64,000 nt of DNA, taken from positions 17,031-81,030 of the forward strand of contig CBDUQR010000007.1 of the NCBI GenBank assembly GCA_965369655.1. The letters run 5' to 3'. Shown here one piece after another: positions 49,186-59,306 of this stretch; positions within the stretch are counted from its first letter, which is position 1, and each line of letters begins with the position of its first letter. The DNA comes from an uncultured bacterium. GTDB lineage: Bacteria > Zixibacteria > MSB-5A5 > JAABVY01 > JAHJOQ01. The translations under genes were made by a program, and so were the position numbers. The notes below the pieces were generated by a model that was not told the origin of the DNA, made no database searches, and worked only from the letters and a program-made list of their open reading frames with translations.

Positions 49186-51360
49186 TCAGAACCGTACCCG
49201 TTTTTTCTTCGTCGAGTCAGGCTGATCGAGGTTGAATTTCTCGGAATGCTTGCGAATGTAGTCGCTCGCAGCGCTGTGCAAGTGGCACGGCTCAGTCGGG
49301 ACTGTCCTGTTTGTGAATACTTCGCGAGCGACATGCGGGCAGTTGTCGGTAGCCAGTTCGCATGTTTCGAGACAAATATCCTCGAAGATTATTCCTTCCG
49401 GAATCTCGAAATCCTCAACTCGCAGTGTCTCATGGGCTGCAATCATAAACGGTGTCCACATCGGAAGTCCGTTTTTCGCGCCGGTCTGATTCTTGCCAAG
49501 AGTAGTGAAGCCGTCTGAGAATCCTGTCCAGGCTCCGGTCGTGATCTGCGGGGTATATCCGACAAACCAATTGTCTGAAAAATCGGCCGAGGTTCCGGTC
49601 TTGCCGCCGCATGGCCTGTAGAAACCTCGAGGGCGTATGCTCCTGCCGGTACCTTCTTCGACGACCGATTGCATCATGTTGACCATGATGTATGCAGTCT
49701 GTGGTGGCAGCACCTCCTCGCCGGGTGAAATGAGATTCTCCTCGAGGATGTTGCCATATCTATCTACCACCTTGAGGATGAACCTCGGCTTGATATGAAT
49801 GCCGTGGTTCGGGAACACCGAGAAAGCCGAAACCAGTTCGATCAGTCGTACCTCACTGGTCCCGATCGCCAGAGTGACAACTGGTTGCAGGGGAGAGGTG
49901 ATCCCCATCTTGCGAGCGAAGAATACCGTTCGCTGCGGCTGCAGCATCTGGAGCAGCTTGATCGCAACTACATTGCGCGAGAGTTTGAACGCATCGCGCA
50001 GGGTCATCTTGCCCAGGAACTTGAAATCGAAATTGTGCGGCCGATAATCCTTCTGGTTTGGAATGGATATGGTGACCGCGTTATCGTAGAACGGATCACA
50101 GGGACGCATGCCGCTTTCAATCGCCGCTGTGTAGACAAACGGCTTGAACGCCGACCCCGGTGATCTGAGCGCCTGCACGGCGTTATTGAACTTGAAGCGC
50201 GAGAAATCCTTGCCGCCGACCATAGCGATGACGTCGCCGGTTTTGTTGTCGATTGACACGAGCGCCGCCTGAATCTCTTTGTAGCGATACGCGATGGAAT
50301 CTCCGACCGAATCATAGTAAACTTCGGTATGCGCCGGATCATTGTACTTAAACAGCTTCGCCGTCAGTCGTTGCAAAGAATCTGCATGCTCTTTGACAAC
50401 GCGATCCGCCACACGCTGCAGTTTGGGATCGATCGTGGTGTAGACCTGTAATCCTCCCGAGTAGACCTCGTCCTCGCCGTATTGTTCGACCAGATACTGC
50501 CTGACCATCTCCGTGAAGTATGGCGCCTCGCCGACCGGCCGCTCGGCCGGGTTCGTGACTATCGACAGATTCTGCAGGCTGTCGCATGTTGCCCTCTCGA
50601 TCATGCCTTCAATACTCATTCGCGACAACACATAGTTTCTTCTCTGAAAAGCGCGGTCCGGATCCTTCAATGGCGAATACCTGTTCGGAGCCTTGAGGAT
50701 AGCAGCGAGCAGCGCAGATTCCTCGATGTTCAGCAGTTCCGCATCCTTGCTGAAGTACGCTCGCGCAGCGGCTTGAATTCCATACGCGCGCTGGCCGAAA
50801 TAGTACTGATTGAGATACATCTCGATGATTTCACTCTTGGAATACGCTCTCTCGATCTTGATAGCCGTCAACGCTTCCTTGAATTTTCTCATCAGAGAGA
50901 CTTCTCTGTTCAGGAAGAGAATCCGCGCAAGTTGCTGAGTGATGGTCGATGCGCCCTGCGAACCGAAGCCTTGCGTGATATTCTTGTAGACCGCACGAAG
51001 CGCATCGTAGCTCGATATTCCCCAATGGTCGTAAAACCGCGCGTCTTCTGCTGCAAGCAGGGCATCTATCATGTGCGGCGGAATTCGATTGAATGGGATA
51101 AGTATTCGCTGCTCATTGAAATATGTCTGCAGAACCGTCCCATCCTTTGCGTAGATGCGAGTGATCAGGGATGGCTCGATGTCGTGCAACTGCTCGATCG
51201 ATGGCAGGTCTTCGTTGTAGGTCCGGATGATCTCCGAGGACACCAGCACAGCAAAAATCAGAATGAGGGCTGCAGCGGCGAGCGCGAGGTAGAGGTCTCG
51301 CCTGCTTCGCTCAGGCGTCTGGCCATCGTCAGTCGACTTATTTCTACGTAAGTATCTCAC
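49186..51360 (-). CDS. Penicillin-binding protein 1A
   Basis: EDARFY.H.G, GASTITQQL, RKFKE, YLN; transpeptidase SAFK, SRN, KTG. Confidence 0.95.
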   Translation of the reverse strand: MRYLRRNKSTDDGQTPERSRRDLYLALAAAALILIFAVLVSSEIIRTYNEDLPSIEQLHDIEPSLITRIYAKDGTVLQTYFNEQRILIPFNRIPPHMIDALLAAEDARFYDHWGISSYDALRAVYKNITQGFGSQGASTITQQLARILFLNREVSLMRKFKEALTAIKIERAYSKSEIIEMYLNQYYFGQRAYGIQAAARAYFSKDAELLNIEESALLAAILKAPNRYSPLKDPDRAFQRRNYVLSRMSIEGMIERATCDSLQNLSIVTNPAERPVGEAPYFTEMVRQYLVEQYGEDEVYSGGLQVYTTIDPKLQRVADRVVKEHADSLQRLTAKLFKYNDPAHTEVYYDSVGDSIAYRYKEIQAALVSIDNKTGDVIAMVGGKDFSRFKFNNAVQALRSPGSAFKPFVYTAAIESGMRPCDPFYDNAVTISIPNQKDYRPHNFDFKFLGKMTLRDAFKLSRNVVAIKLLQMLQPQRTVFFARKMGITSPLQPVVTLAIGTSEVRLIELVSAFSVFPNHGIHIKPRFILKVVDRYGNILEENLISPGEEVLPPQTAYIMVNMMQSVVEEGTGRSIRPRGFYRPCGGKTGTSADFSDNWFVGYTPQITTGAWTGFSDGFTTLGKNQTGAKNGLPMWTPFMIAAHETLRVEDFEIPEGIIFEDICLETCELATDNCPHVAREVFTNRTVPTEPCHLHSAASDYIRKHSEKFNLDQPDSTKKKRVRF

Positions 51361-51574
51361 ACCAGCTTATACTCATCCGTAATAGTGCCTGTCGCATGAA
51401 CCGCAATTTTTGTAGTGTTGTCAACTTTTTTGCAGCGGCACAGTTGTCCGGTGTGTATACTGAACTGTCGCATGGCTCAGTTTCGCCGGGTCTTGCTGAC
51501 GACAGAGTCGGCAGTGTGACCTGGCGATACTGGCAGACTGTTGCCTGACTCGGCGTCTACTGATCGGCAGTTCA

Positions 51575-51751
51575 TCGGTCGTTGATCCCGTCCTCCTGGA
51601 CCCCGATCCGCGAGGGGATCCCCGAGGGACAGGGAGCGTGGCAATCTCATGTCAGACAAAGCATTTCCAGAACTGAGATCACCACGTCGCTGTAGCTCCT
51701 CGTGATGACGACAATACAGACCCGCGCCCAAATGGGTTTTTCAACAAGCCC
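51575..51751. repeat. Dispersed repeat / MITE-like element, copy B
   Basis: cgtggcaatctc..gagatcaccacg hairpin; shares modules with 13735-13838; ends gggtttttcaacaagccc. Confidence 0.7.
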
Positions 51752-51771
51752 AACCGAGAGGATGACTTACG

Positions 51772-52497
51772 ATGAGAATGATCAACATATCCGTGCTTCT
51801 TTTACTCATACCGCTGTTTTTCGCGACTTCTTATCAGGCTTCAGCCGAAATCGTGGTCGTGACAAAAGCGTTTCCGGACTCCGAGGGCGACTCGTGGCCC
51901 CGCGAATATTTCGATGTCGATCATCTGTTCTTCGAGTTTCCGGACAGCATGTTCATTCAAGTAGGAAAGAACGATGTTGTCATTCATCCGACAGTCACCC
52001 GGAAACTCAACACCGTAAGGGGCAAGCCCTTTGTCGACAAAGCGTGGGTGAACATCATCGATCTCGAAAAAAAGCGATACTTCGCCGGAAAACTCGATCG
52101 TTGGTTCGACCTCGATTCATCCGGGCTGATCCGGATCCGCGACGGTTTCGATTCCTGCCACATCTACCTCAAGTCATGTATCCATCCCGGCGCCCCCGAT
52201 GATTCGTGCGAGGTCGAGCGGGCCACGTTGTACGACAGCCTCGACATCGACGATATAGCCTATATTGTCTTCAGTAGTTTCAATTTTCCCAGAGATGTCG
52301 GTCGGGATGTGCTCCTGACGTCGAAATACTACTACCGCAAGCTTCTCGGATATATTACCCATGAGGTACCGATAGAATCATACCTGGACCTTCAGGAATC
52401 AGATACTAAACGAGTGCCTGTCAAGTGCAACTGCATGCCATATTTCCGGGCCGGGTCGGTCAGGAAAGTGATCTACATAGGTGCTCAGTCGCGCTGA
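51772..52497 (+). CDS. Secreted hypothetical protein
   Basis: Signal peptide ending ASA; 241-aa ORF. Confidence 0.65.
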   Translation: MRMINISVLLLLIPLFFATSYQASAEIVVVTKAFPDSEGDSWPREYFDVDHLFFEFPDSMFIQVGKNDVVIHPTVTRKLNTVRGKPFVDKAWVNIIDLEKKRYFAGKLDRWFDLDSSGLIRIRDGFDSCHIYLKSCIHPGAPDDSCEVERATLYDSLDIDDIAYIVFSSFNFPRDVGRDVLLTSKYYYRKLLGYITHEVPIESYLDLQESDTKRVPVKCNCMPYFRAGSVRKVIYIGAQSR

Positions 52498-52503
52498 ACG
52501 GCT

Positions 52504-53580
52504 CTATGCCACCGCAGTATCCTGCTTCAGCCACACGGTCCTCTGCGGGAATGGTATTTCGATGTCGGCTTCGTTGAGCTTATCGTAGATCATCTCGCGA
52601 AGCTCGTTTTGCGTCGTCCACTGGTCCGTGATTGCAGCGGCTCTGCCTCTGAGCGAAAAATCGACGGACGAATCACCAAGTTCGATCATGTGCACTTTGG
52701 GCTTTGGACTCTCCAGAACCTTCGGGTGATCTGATGCGCATTGCAGCAGTATCCTGCGGACTTTGTCCATATCCGCGCCGTACGCCACTCCGATATTGAC
52801 CTTTATGCGAATCTGCGAGTCGGGATAGGAGATGTTCTCGATCTTGGAAGTGAGAAGTTCGCGATTCGGAAGGATTATCAGGGTGTTCTCGAACGTGATG
52901 AATCTGGTCGATCTCAGGCCGATCTGGTAGACGTCGCATTTCTCGCCACCGGTCAGGATGACCCGATCGCCGACCCTGAACGGTCTGTCGACCATAATGA
53001 TGAATCCGGAAATCATATTCTCGATTGTATCCTTCGCGGCGAGAGCGATGGCGAGAGACCCGACGCCGAGCACAGTCAGCAGGGCTTTGATGTCGATGCT
53101 GAAATGATCGAGGATTATCAGCATGGCGACAACAAGCGTGACCATGCGGAGCGCCCTGTTGAACAGGGGAAGGAACTCCGAGTACATCTGCGCATCGGCT
53201 CCCTGAGCGACACTCTGGGTAAGCCACAGTCCGACGATGTTCACGAGTCTCATCGCTATGACAGTGACCAGGATCGCGCCAATCGTCCAGATAATGCCAT
53301 CCGCATATTTGCTCGTCCAGCCGATCTGCTCAGGGAAGCTCTGTGTGAGATGATCCATCAGCACCGCAAAGCCCATTACAAGTATGAACCAGAAAAACGG
53401 ACGTGTGACAGCCTTGATAATGTCGTCGTCAAGTGTTGTCTTTGTTTTTGCGGCAAGCCTGTTCTTCAGGTTTCTCAGGAACCACAGGCTCACCGCCGCA
53501 GCGACAAATGTACCGATCAGGATTGCGCCGATAATAATCAGCTCTTTCGCCCAGACCGGAAGGTTCAATGTCTCAAGCAT
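52504..53580 (-). CDS. mscS: Small-conductance mechanosensitive channel (MscS family)
   Basis: LGVGSLAIALAAKDTIEN..SG....DRPFRVGD, IGLRST, IEIPFPQ. Confidence 0.93.
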   Translation of the reverse strand: MLETLNLPVWAKELIIIGAILIGTFVAAAVSLWFLRNLKNRLAAKTKTTLDDDIIKAVTRPFFWFILVMGFAVLMDHLTQSFPEQIGWTSKYADGIIWTIGAILVTVIAMRLVNIVGLWLTQSVAQGADAQMYSEFLPLFNRALRMVTLVVAMLIILDHFSIDIKALLTVLGVGSLAIALAAKDTIENMISGFIIMVDRPFRVGDRVILTGGEKCDVYQIGLRSTRFITFENTLIILPNRELLTSKIENISYPDSQIRIKVNIGVAYGADMDKVRRILLQCASDHPKVLESPKPKVHMIELGDSSVDFSLRGRAAAITDQWTTQNELREMIYDKLNEADIEIPFPQRTVWLKQDTAVA

Positions 53581-53588
53581 TTCTCCTC

Positions 53589-55274
53589 CTATTTGACCTG
53601 TAACTTGATATCCTCTGTCTCGAATCTTGATCTGACTGTGATTGTGTCGCCAAAGACTGCGACAGGTTCAGCATACTCAAAGGGCGAGAATGTGCCGGGG
53701 GAGAGGTAGCCGTCTCCGTTGCGGTCGTAGAATCCGGTGAAGACATAAATTCCGGGAATGACATCTATGTGGAATCGCCCCTCGGTATCGTAGTCGAGTT
53801 TCCGCCACTCTCCGCGCGGGAGATGTCTGAAATGGATAACCGGGGGAGTCTGCCGGAACATGCTCGCAGAAACGACCGTCCCCGAGAACGATCCGAGCGA
53901 ATCGAAATTCGGGGTATGGACACGAAAAGAATATACCGAGTCCGAATGTGCGTTTCCGAACCTGTCGGAGATATATGCCAAATCCAGATATCCCGTATAG
54001 CCGGTCGCCTGCCTCAGCGTGTCATCCGAGCGGAATTGAAGAGTGAAAGGATCGAGCTGCTCATACCCGCAACTCATGAACATAGAATCCGGATCAACGA
54101 GCACGAGACCTGCTCTATCTCCGACCACCATGATCGGTTCTGTGAAATGTATCGTAATATCTCGATCGGTCAGCACGCCGTGCGCACCGTCCGAAGAAGA
54201 GACATCTTTAACATCCGGCGGTTTCCTGTCGCCCCCCACAGGGTAAAGCAGCAGGATGGAATCATCGATTATATTGCACTCGTTACCGTAGATGTCCGTG
54301 AGCTTATCGATCCGAAGATACAGCTCTTCGACATCAGTCAGTTCAGGCATGATACCGACGAATGAATCTACTGTATCGCTCATGGCGAATATCCGGTCGA
54401 TCGTCACTGTATCCGACATATCCGACCTGATCAGTCGAATCTCACACTGCTCTGCTTCATGATTAAGCGCCATTCCAGTTAACTCAATTTCGATCAGGAG
54501 GTCCTGATTGATCAATGCATGCTTCACCTTTAGAAGCGCAGTATCTCTCGCGAATAGGTCCATATCATTATCAAGCGAAGTGATAGCGCCCTGATCGAGA
54601 ATGATCGGAGCGACAGGGAGCGCGATCTTCTCTTTCGGCGGCGTCCAGCGCCTGTTATGGTTTCCATCGTCGAAAGCAAATAGAATGTACTGGCCGGACG
54701 ACACATAGTTCAGTTCGAACGACCCGTCGGAGCCGGTCTGAGTAAAATACTGCGGTTGTGACGATGTCACATCAATGGTATCGAGTTCCGACAGATAGTA
54801 TGCCGCCACCGTAGCGCCTGCGAACGGCTTTCCACCTGACCGAACCAGCCCGGCAATCCGTCCGCTGTCGAGCGATTCGCCGGTCGAGAACGCAAGCGTG
54901 TGAGAGTTTATCAGTTTGTTGCGATGCTCGTCAGCGGCGCCCGATCCGATTGTGACCAGATACGTGCGATCAATCTGCAGGGAGTCTGAAAAGCTGAGGA
55001 TCAGGTCGTTCTTTTTCCAGCGAATCCGCAGGTCGCCTTCGGTCGGGGGCGCCATGAAGATCGCGTTTGCAAGGCTCTTCTTATCCATTCTTTCTGAGAA
55101 CCCGATAACTATTTCGGGCGTCAAATCAACACCGATCGACTCATTTTCTGGAGACGTATAGAGAATTTCCGGGGCTGTCTTGTCCTCCGGTCCACCGGGG
55201 GGTGGAAGTTTCCTGGCGCAGGAGAAAACTATTGGCAGAATAACAAGTGCTAATACCAGGATTCGGAGTCTCAC
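53589..55274 (-). CDS. Ig-like (Big_5) domain lipoprotein
   Basis: Lipobox VFSC, PPGGPEDKTAP, FSERMD, FSTG.SLD.G. Confidence 0.8.
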   Translation of the reverse strand: MRLRILVLALVILPIVFSCARKLPPPGGPEDKTAPEILYTSPENESIGVDLTPEIVIGFSERMDKKSLANAIFMAPPTEGDLRIRWKKNDLILSFSDSLQIDRTYLVTIGSGAADEHRNKLINSHTLAFSTGESLDSGRIAGLVRSGGKPFAGATVAAYYLSELDTIDVTSSQPQYFTQTGSDGSFELNYVSSGQYILFAFDDGNHNRRWTPPKEKIALPVAPIILDQGAITSLDNDMDLFARDTALLKVKHALINQDLLIEIELTGMALNHEAEQCEIRLIRSDMSDTVTIDRIFAMSDTVDSFVGIMPELTDVEELYLRIDKLTDIYGNECNIIDDSILLLYPVGGDRKPPDVKDVSSSDGAHGVLTDRDITIHFTEPIMVVGDRAGLVLVDPDSMFMSCGYEQLDPFTLQFRSDDTLRQATGYTGYLDLAYISDRFGNAHSDSVYSFRVHTPNFDSLGSFSGTVVSASMFRQTPPVIHFRHLPRGEWRKLDYDTEGRFHIDVIPGIYVFTGFYDRNGDGYLSPGTFSPFEYAEPVAVFGDTITVRSRFETEDIKLQVK

Positions 55275-56971
55275 CTGGTTAATTTCTCCTTTATCTGCTC
55301 ACTCTCCGGATTCAAATCGAGAGCTTTTTGCCAGTTCTTCCGAGCCTCGTCATGTTTATCGAGGCTGAAACATATATCGCCCAAATGCTCATAAAGGATA
55401 TAGTCATCTTCAACCATCAGGTCAATCGCTTTTCGTATCTGTGTCTCGGCATCTTCATATCGACCGAGCCTGTAGAGAACCCAGCCGTATGAATCGAGAT
55501 ATGCGCCGTTGTCAGCATCCATGTCGAGCGCCGTACTGATGAGCTCCAGCGATTCGTCCAGATTGATCCCGAGGTCCGCCCACATGTATCCGAGGTAGTT
55601 CATTGTCGGGGCATGCCTGGGATCAGCCTCGAGGATTCGCTCGAACACGACGGCAGCGGAATCGTGCTGAGATGTCCGCTCCAGAGCCGATCCGAGCATG
55701 AACAGAAATCTTATCTCATCCGGATGTTTCTTCACAAGGGGGCCGGCAATCGCGAGCACTTCGCCGTATCTCTCCGCGCGACCGAACGCAGTGGCAAGGT
55801 AGAACTGAGCATCCTCACGACCGTTCGTAGATCGCGTAACGCCGTCACGAAGTACATCTATCGCGAGATCGACACTGTCCTGATCGAGATATATCATCCC
55901 CAGATTGATATAACCATCTGGGAGCGAATCGGCGACATCGACCAGATTCCAGAAGAATCCTTTCGCGTCCTCGATCCGGTCTTCATAAACCGCAATTCTT
56001 CCCCTGAAGAAATTCGCATACATGGAACGCGGGTCCTGTGCAAGCTCGCGAGCGAATATGCTGTCTGCAAACTGGAAAGCTCCGAGTTCAAACGCTATCT
56101 GTCCGGCGCGGTCGATTATCGGCAGCTTCTCGGATATATTCTCGAAAATCCAGCGTGCCTGATTAAGCGCAGCGGTAGTGTCATTCTGATCTTCATACAT
56201 CTCGGCGAGATACAGACGAAACGCATGCATCTCCGGACTCATTTCGAGACCCTGCAACAATATCTGTTCCGCCTCGTCCGGTCGATTCTGCATGCGCAGA
56301 AGCGCTGCCATCTTTATATACGATCCTACGTTTGAAGCAGTCGGGTCGAGCGCTATCGATCTCCGGTAGGCTTCGATTGCAGCGTCGTCGTTCCGACGAG
56401 CCGTCTCGAGTTCTGCTATCTCTGCGTAGATCGCGGGGCTGGGATTTACCTTCGCCACCTGAGCATAGTGAGCGATCGCCTCGTTTGAATTGCCCCGTTC
56501 CTTCTCGAACGTCCCAAGAAACCAGTGCGCGTGCATATCATCCGGCTGCATTCTCAGGACCTTGCGGTAAGCGCGTTCCGCTTCCACCTGATTCCCGAGA
56601 ATACGATGGCAATTCGCGATCAGAGCATACGTCTGAGCATCTTTGTAGAAAATCTTGCGAGCATTTTCGAGCGCGATCTCCGGTTGTCTCAGGCGAAAAT
56701 AGAGATTCGCAAGAGCATAGAGTATCTCGCTGTTTCCGGGAGCATGTTTGAGCGCCTCCTTGTAGTTAGTTATGGCTGCCGGATACTGCCCCGCCTTCTC
56801 GGCGATGAGAGCGCTCGCATAGTAGGAAAACGCAAATCTGTTGACGATGGGTCGCGGTTGTTCCTGTTTGGATGGAACGGTCGTTGTGATTTTCGTGCCG
56901 GAACTGCATCCGGAGACGAGAGCCGACGCCAGAATCGCCACAACGCATATTTTCAACAGAGCTTTGTTCAT
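55271..56971 (-). CDS. TPR-repeat lipoprotein
   Basis: Lipobox VSGC; many TPRs; MNYLGYMWAD, AYLDSYGW, EHLGD. Confidence 0.9.
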   Translation of the reverse strand: MNKALLKICVVAILASALVSGCSSGTKITTTVPSKQEQPRPIVNRFAFSYYASALIAEKAGQYPAAITNYKEALKHAPGNSEILYALANLYFRLRQPEIALENARKIFYKDAQTYALIANCHRILGNQVEAERAYRKVLRMQPDDMHAHWFLGTFEKERGNSNEAIAHYAQVAKVNPSPAIYAEIAELETARRNDDAAIEAYRRSIALDPTASNVGSYIKMAALLRMQNRPDEAEQILLQGLEMSPEMHAFRLYLAEMYEDQNDTTAALNQARWIFENISEKLPIIDRAGQIAFELGAFQFADSIFARELAQDPRSMYANFFRGRIAVYEDRIEDAKGFFWNLVDVADSLPDGYINLGMIYLDQDSVDLAIDVLRDGVTRSTNGREDAQFYLATAFGRAERYGEVLAIAGPLVKKHPDEIRFLFMLGSALERTSQHDSAAVVFERILEADPRHAPTMNYLGYMWADLGINLDESLELISTALDMDADNGAYLDSYGWVLYRLGRYEDAETQIRKAIDLMVEDDYILYEHLGDICFSLDKHDEARKNWQKALDLNPESEQIKEKLTR

Positions 56972-57016
56972 GGAGCTACCAATTCTTAAACAAGCGCACA
57001 GCCCTTACGTTCGATT

Positions 57017-58243
57017 TCAGTCGATGACTAATCTGTACCATCCCCGCTTGCCGACTTTAAGGACGTGCTCGCCGGAAAAGGGAAGAGCTGTGGAGAAATC
57101 TACTTTTCTCTCGCCGTCTATTTGGAAGCCTCCGTGTACGATGAGATTCCTTGCAGCAGTCCCTGATGAAGTAATCTCGTTGTCAGCCAAGAAGCGAGGC
57201 CAATAAATCTCGCCGGATTCTTCATAGTCCTTCGATGAACATTTCATTATCGGCATATCTTCCGGTACCTCACGCTTCGAGAAGACTTTCTCGAAATCGG
57301 CTCTTGCCTTCTCAGCCTCATCGGGAGAGGCGTACATCGACGCGATCGCCACGCCGAGGCGCTTCTTGATCTCCATCGGGTTGACCGACGGATCGGCGAG
57401 CTGTTGCTCGATTTCTGTGAGCCTGTCATCCGGCTCATCTGTTAAATACCGAAAGTATTTCGCGATCATCGTATCCGGAATCGACATGATCTTTCCGAAT
57501 ATTTCTGACGCAGGCTCGGTTATGCCAATGTAGTTGCCGAGCGATTTCGACATCTTCTGATCACCATCGATGCCTTCGATCAAAGGCAGCGTCAGTGTGA
57601 CCTGCGGCTCGACGCCGTATGTCTCCTGTATCTGGCGGCCGGTCAGCAGATTGAAAAGCTGATCGGTGCCGCCGATCTCGATATCCGCACGCACAGCCAC
57701 AGAGTCATACGCCTGCATCAGGGGATAGAGAAGCTCATGGATTGCGATTGACGATCCGGATTTGTAGCGTTTCTCGAAGTCGTCACGTTCGAGCATCCTG
57801 GCAAGCGTGAAACTGGAACAGAGCTTCAGTATCTCAGTAAATGTCATGCCCTCGAACCATTCGCTGTTGCGTCTCACCTCGGCCTTTGACTCGTCGACAA
57901 TCCTGAAGAATTGATCGAGGTATGTCTGCGCGTTCGTCTCGATATCTTCGGCGGATACGAGAGGCCTCGTCGACGACTTCCCGGACGGGTCCCCGACCAG
58001 CGCAGTATAGTCTCCTACGATCACGATCACCGTGTGTCCAAGGTCCTGAAACTGCCTCAGTTTGCGCAGGCCGACTGTGTGTCCGAGGTGGATATCCGGC
58101 GCGGTCGGATCGAATCCCTGCTTGACCCTCAGCGGTCGTCCTTCATTCACAGACATCTCGATCTTCCGTTCGAGTTCGCCCTCGGGAAGGAGATCGACGA
58201 CATTGCGTTTGATCAGTGCGAGTTGTTTTTTGATGTTCAACAT
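57017..58243 (-). CDS. tyrS: Tyrosine--tRNA ligase
   Basis: GFDPTAPDIHLGH, YPLMQAYD, GGTDQLFN, KMSKS, C-terminal S4-like domain; start MLNIKKQ with SD. Confidence 0.97.
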   Translation of the reverse strand: MLNIKKQLALIKRNVVDLLPEGELERKIEMSVNEGRPLRVKQGFDPTAPDIHLGHTVGLRKLRQFQDLGHTVIVIVGDYTALVGDPSGKSSTRPLVSAEDIETNAQTYLDQFFRIVDESKAEVRRNSEWFEGMTFTEILKLCSSFTLARMLERDDFEKRYKSGSSIAIHELLYPLMQAYDSVAVRADIEIGGTDQLFNLLTGRQIQETYGVEPQVTLTLPLIEGIDGDQKMSKSLGNYIGITEPASEIFGKIMSIPDTMIAKYFRYLTDEPDDRLTEIEQQLADPSVNPMEIKKRLGVAIASMYASPDEAEKARADFEKVFSKREVPEDMPIMKCSSKDYEESGEIYWPRFLADNEITSSGTAARNLIVHGGFQIDGERKVDFSTALPFSGEHVLKVGKRGWYRLVID

Positions 58244-58387
58244 GTTCCTTCGACTATATCGGGTCGCAATATCAATTACTGAACAAGCGTATCTAATAAC
58301 ACGATTTGGCGACAGTCGCAAGGAAAAACAGATAGACTTCATCGAGATATTGTACTTGCAATGATTGCCTGCACGTCTTAGAATTTC

Positions 58388-58459
58388 TGTGGGCGGCAGA
58401 CGTCCTCGCAAAGTCCTGAGTCTCGAAGGGCGAGTCCTGAGCCTCAAAGGGTCTGCCCC
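58388..58459. repeat. REP hairpin interrupted by two copies of the GTCCTGAG..AAGGG module
   Basis: tgtgggcggcagacgtcctc...gtctgcccc (inverse of 13698-13726) with agtcctgagtctcgaaggg and agtcctgagcctcaaaggg inside. Confidence 0.7.
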
Positions 58460-58514
58460 TCTTGTGCTAACATCGGCACATGTGGAGAGGTTGTCCCAAA
58501 AGTGCCATTTTCCA

Positions 58515-58560
58515 GTAGGTCGGCGTTCCGCAGCAGGCGAAGCCTGCAAGAAACCCGACA
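58515..58560 (+). repeat. GTAG-type REP, inverted copy of 13649-13694
   Basis: 44/46 nt identical by manual alignment. Confidence 0.85.
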
Positions 58561-59306
58561 CCTGCAACTGCACTATTTTCGAAAATATACTCGTGTCGCA
58601 TCCTGAAACACAGGAGCGAATCGAGAATGCGAGATCACAGGTCTCGCAGTACTAACCGGAAATACTCAGCCGCGATGTCGGTAAGTCTAAGTACCAGAGA
58701 ATGAAAACGCGGCTCAGGTAACCGATTGCTCTCAAGCACATTTTGCAGGGGAGATATCCAGGACATTCAGGTGGCTCATAGGCGGGATGCCGGCAAAAAA
58801 GCTAAAGGCAAATGAAATGAAAACTTTTTTGTTGATTCCGGGATTAAAGGTTATTAAACTGGGCGCAATTCTTCGGATGGGTCGGGTTGGTCGACTCTGG
58901 CTCAGGACGTTCTTACGTGATCGACACCGAGGGTGAGAAATACAATATTGTTGCTGGAGTTGAAGTCAGTTGTTTCATACTCGACCAGCAAGAGTTAAGT
59001 CGTTGGAATAGAAGGAGGTTCCCGGCAGTTTTCTGAAATATCCCAGTAGATTGTTCAGAAAGATGGCTTCTTTCTGAAACATGGCGGGAGGGCTGTGACG
59101 CGTACTGCGTATTTTTTCTCGCCATTTGGGCAAAGGGACATTGCGATCTATCGCACTATATAACAGGATGTTAGACTTGTTCAATCAGCACCAGGAACAA
59201 GCCCCTGTCACAGTTGAGACAGCGATTCTGTCGCTCGGCAAGCCCGTTGCGATGTATTGTGGAGAACACGGGGTTCAAAACGCATAACATCGCAGGGGTT
59301 GACGCC

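Noticed and set aside
51361..51771. Possible RNase P RNA, tmRNA or SRP RNA in a GC-rich intergenic region
   Set aside because: No conserved signatures of these RNAs seen; structure is explained by the dispersed repeat
50482..53709. Plus-strand ORFs of 289 aa (50482..51351) and 322 aa (52741..53709)
   Set aside because: Antisense to PBP1A and MscS; codon-bias shadows
58244..58573. 110-aa N-terminal extension of TyrS
   Set aside because: Translates REP repeats (same peptide as the spurious ORF at 13648); the real start at 58243 has an SD
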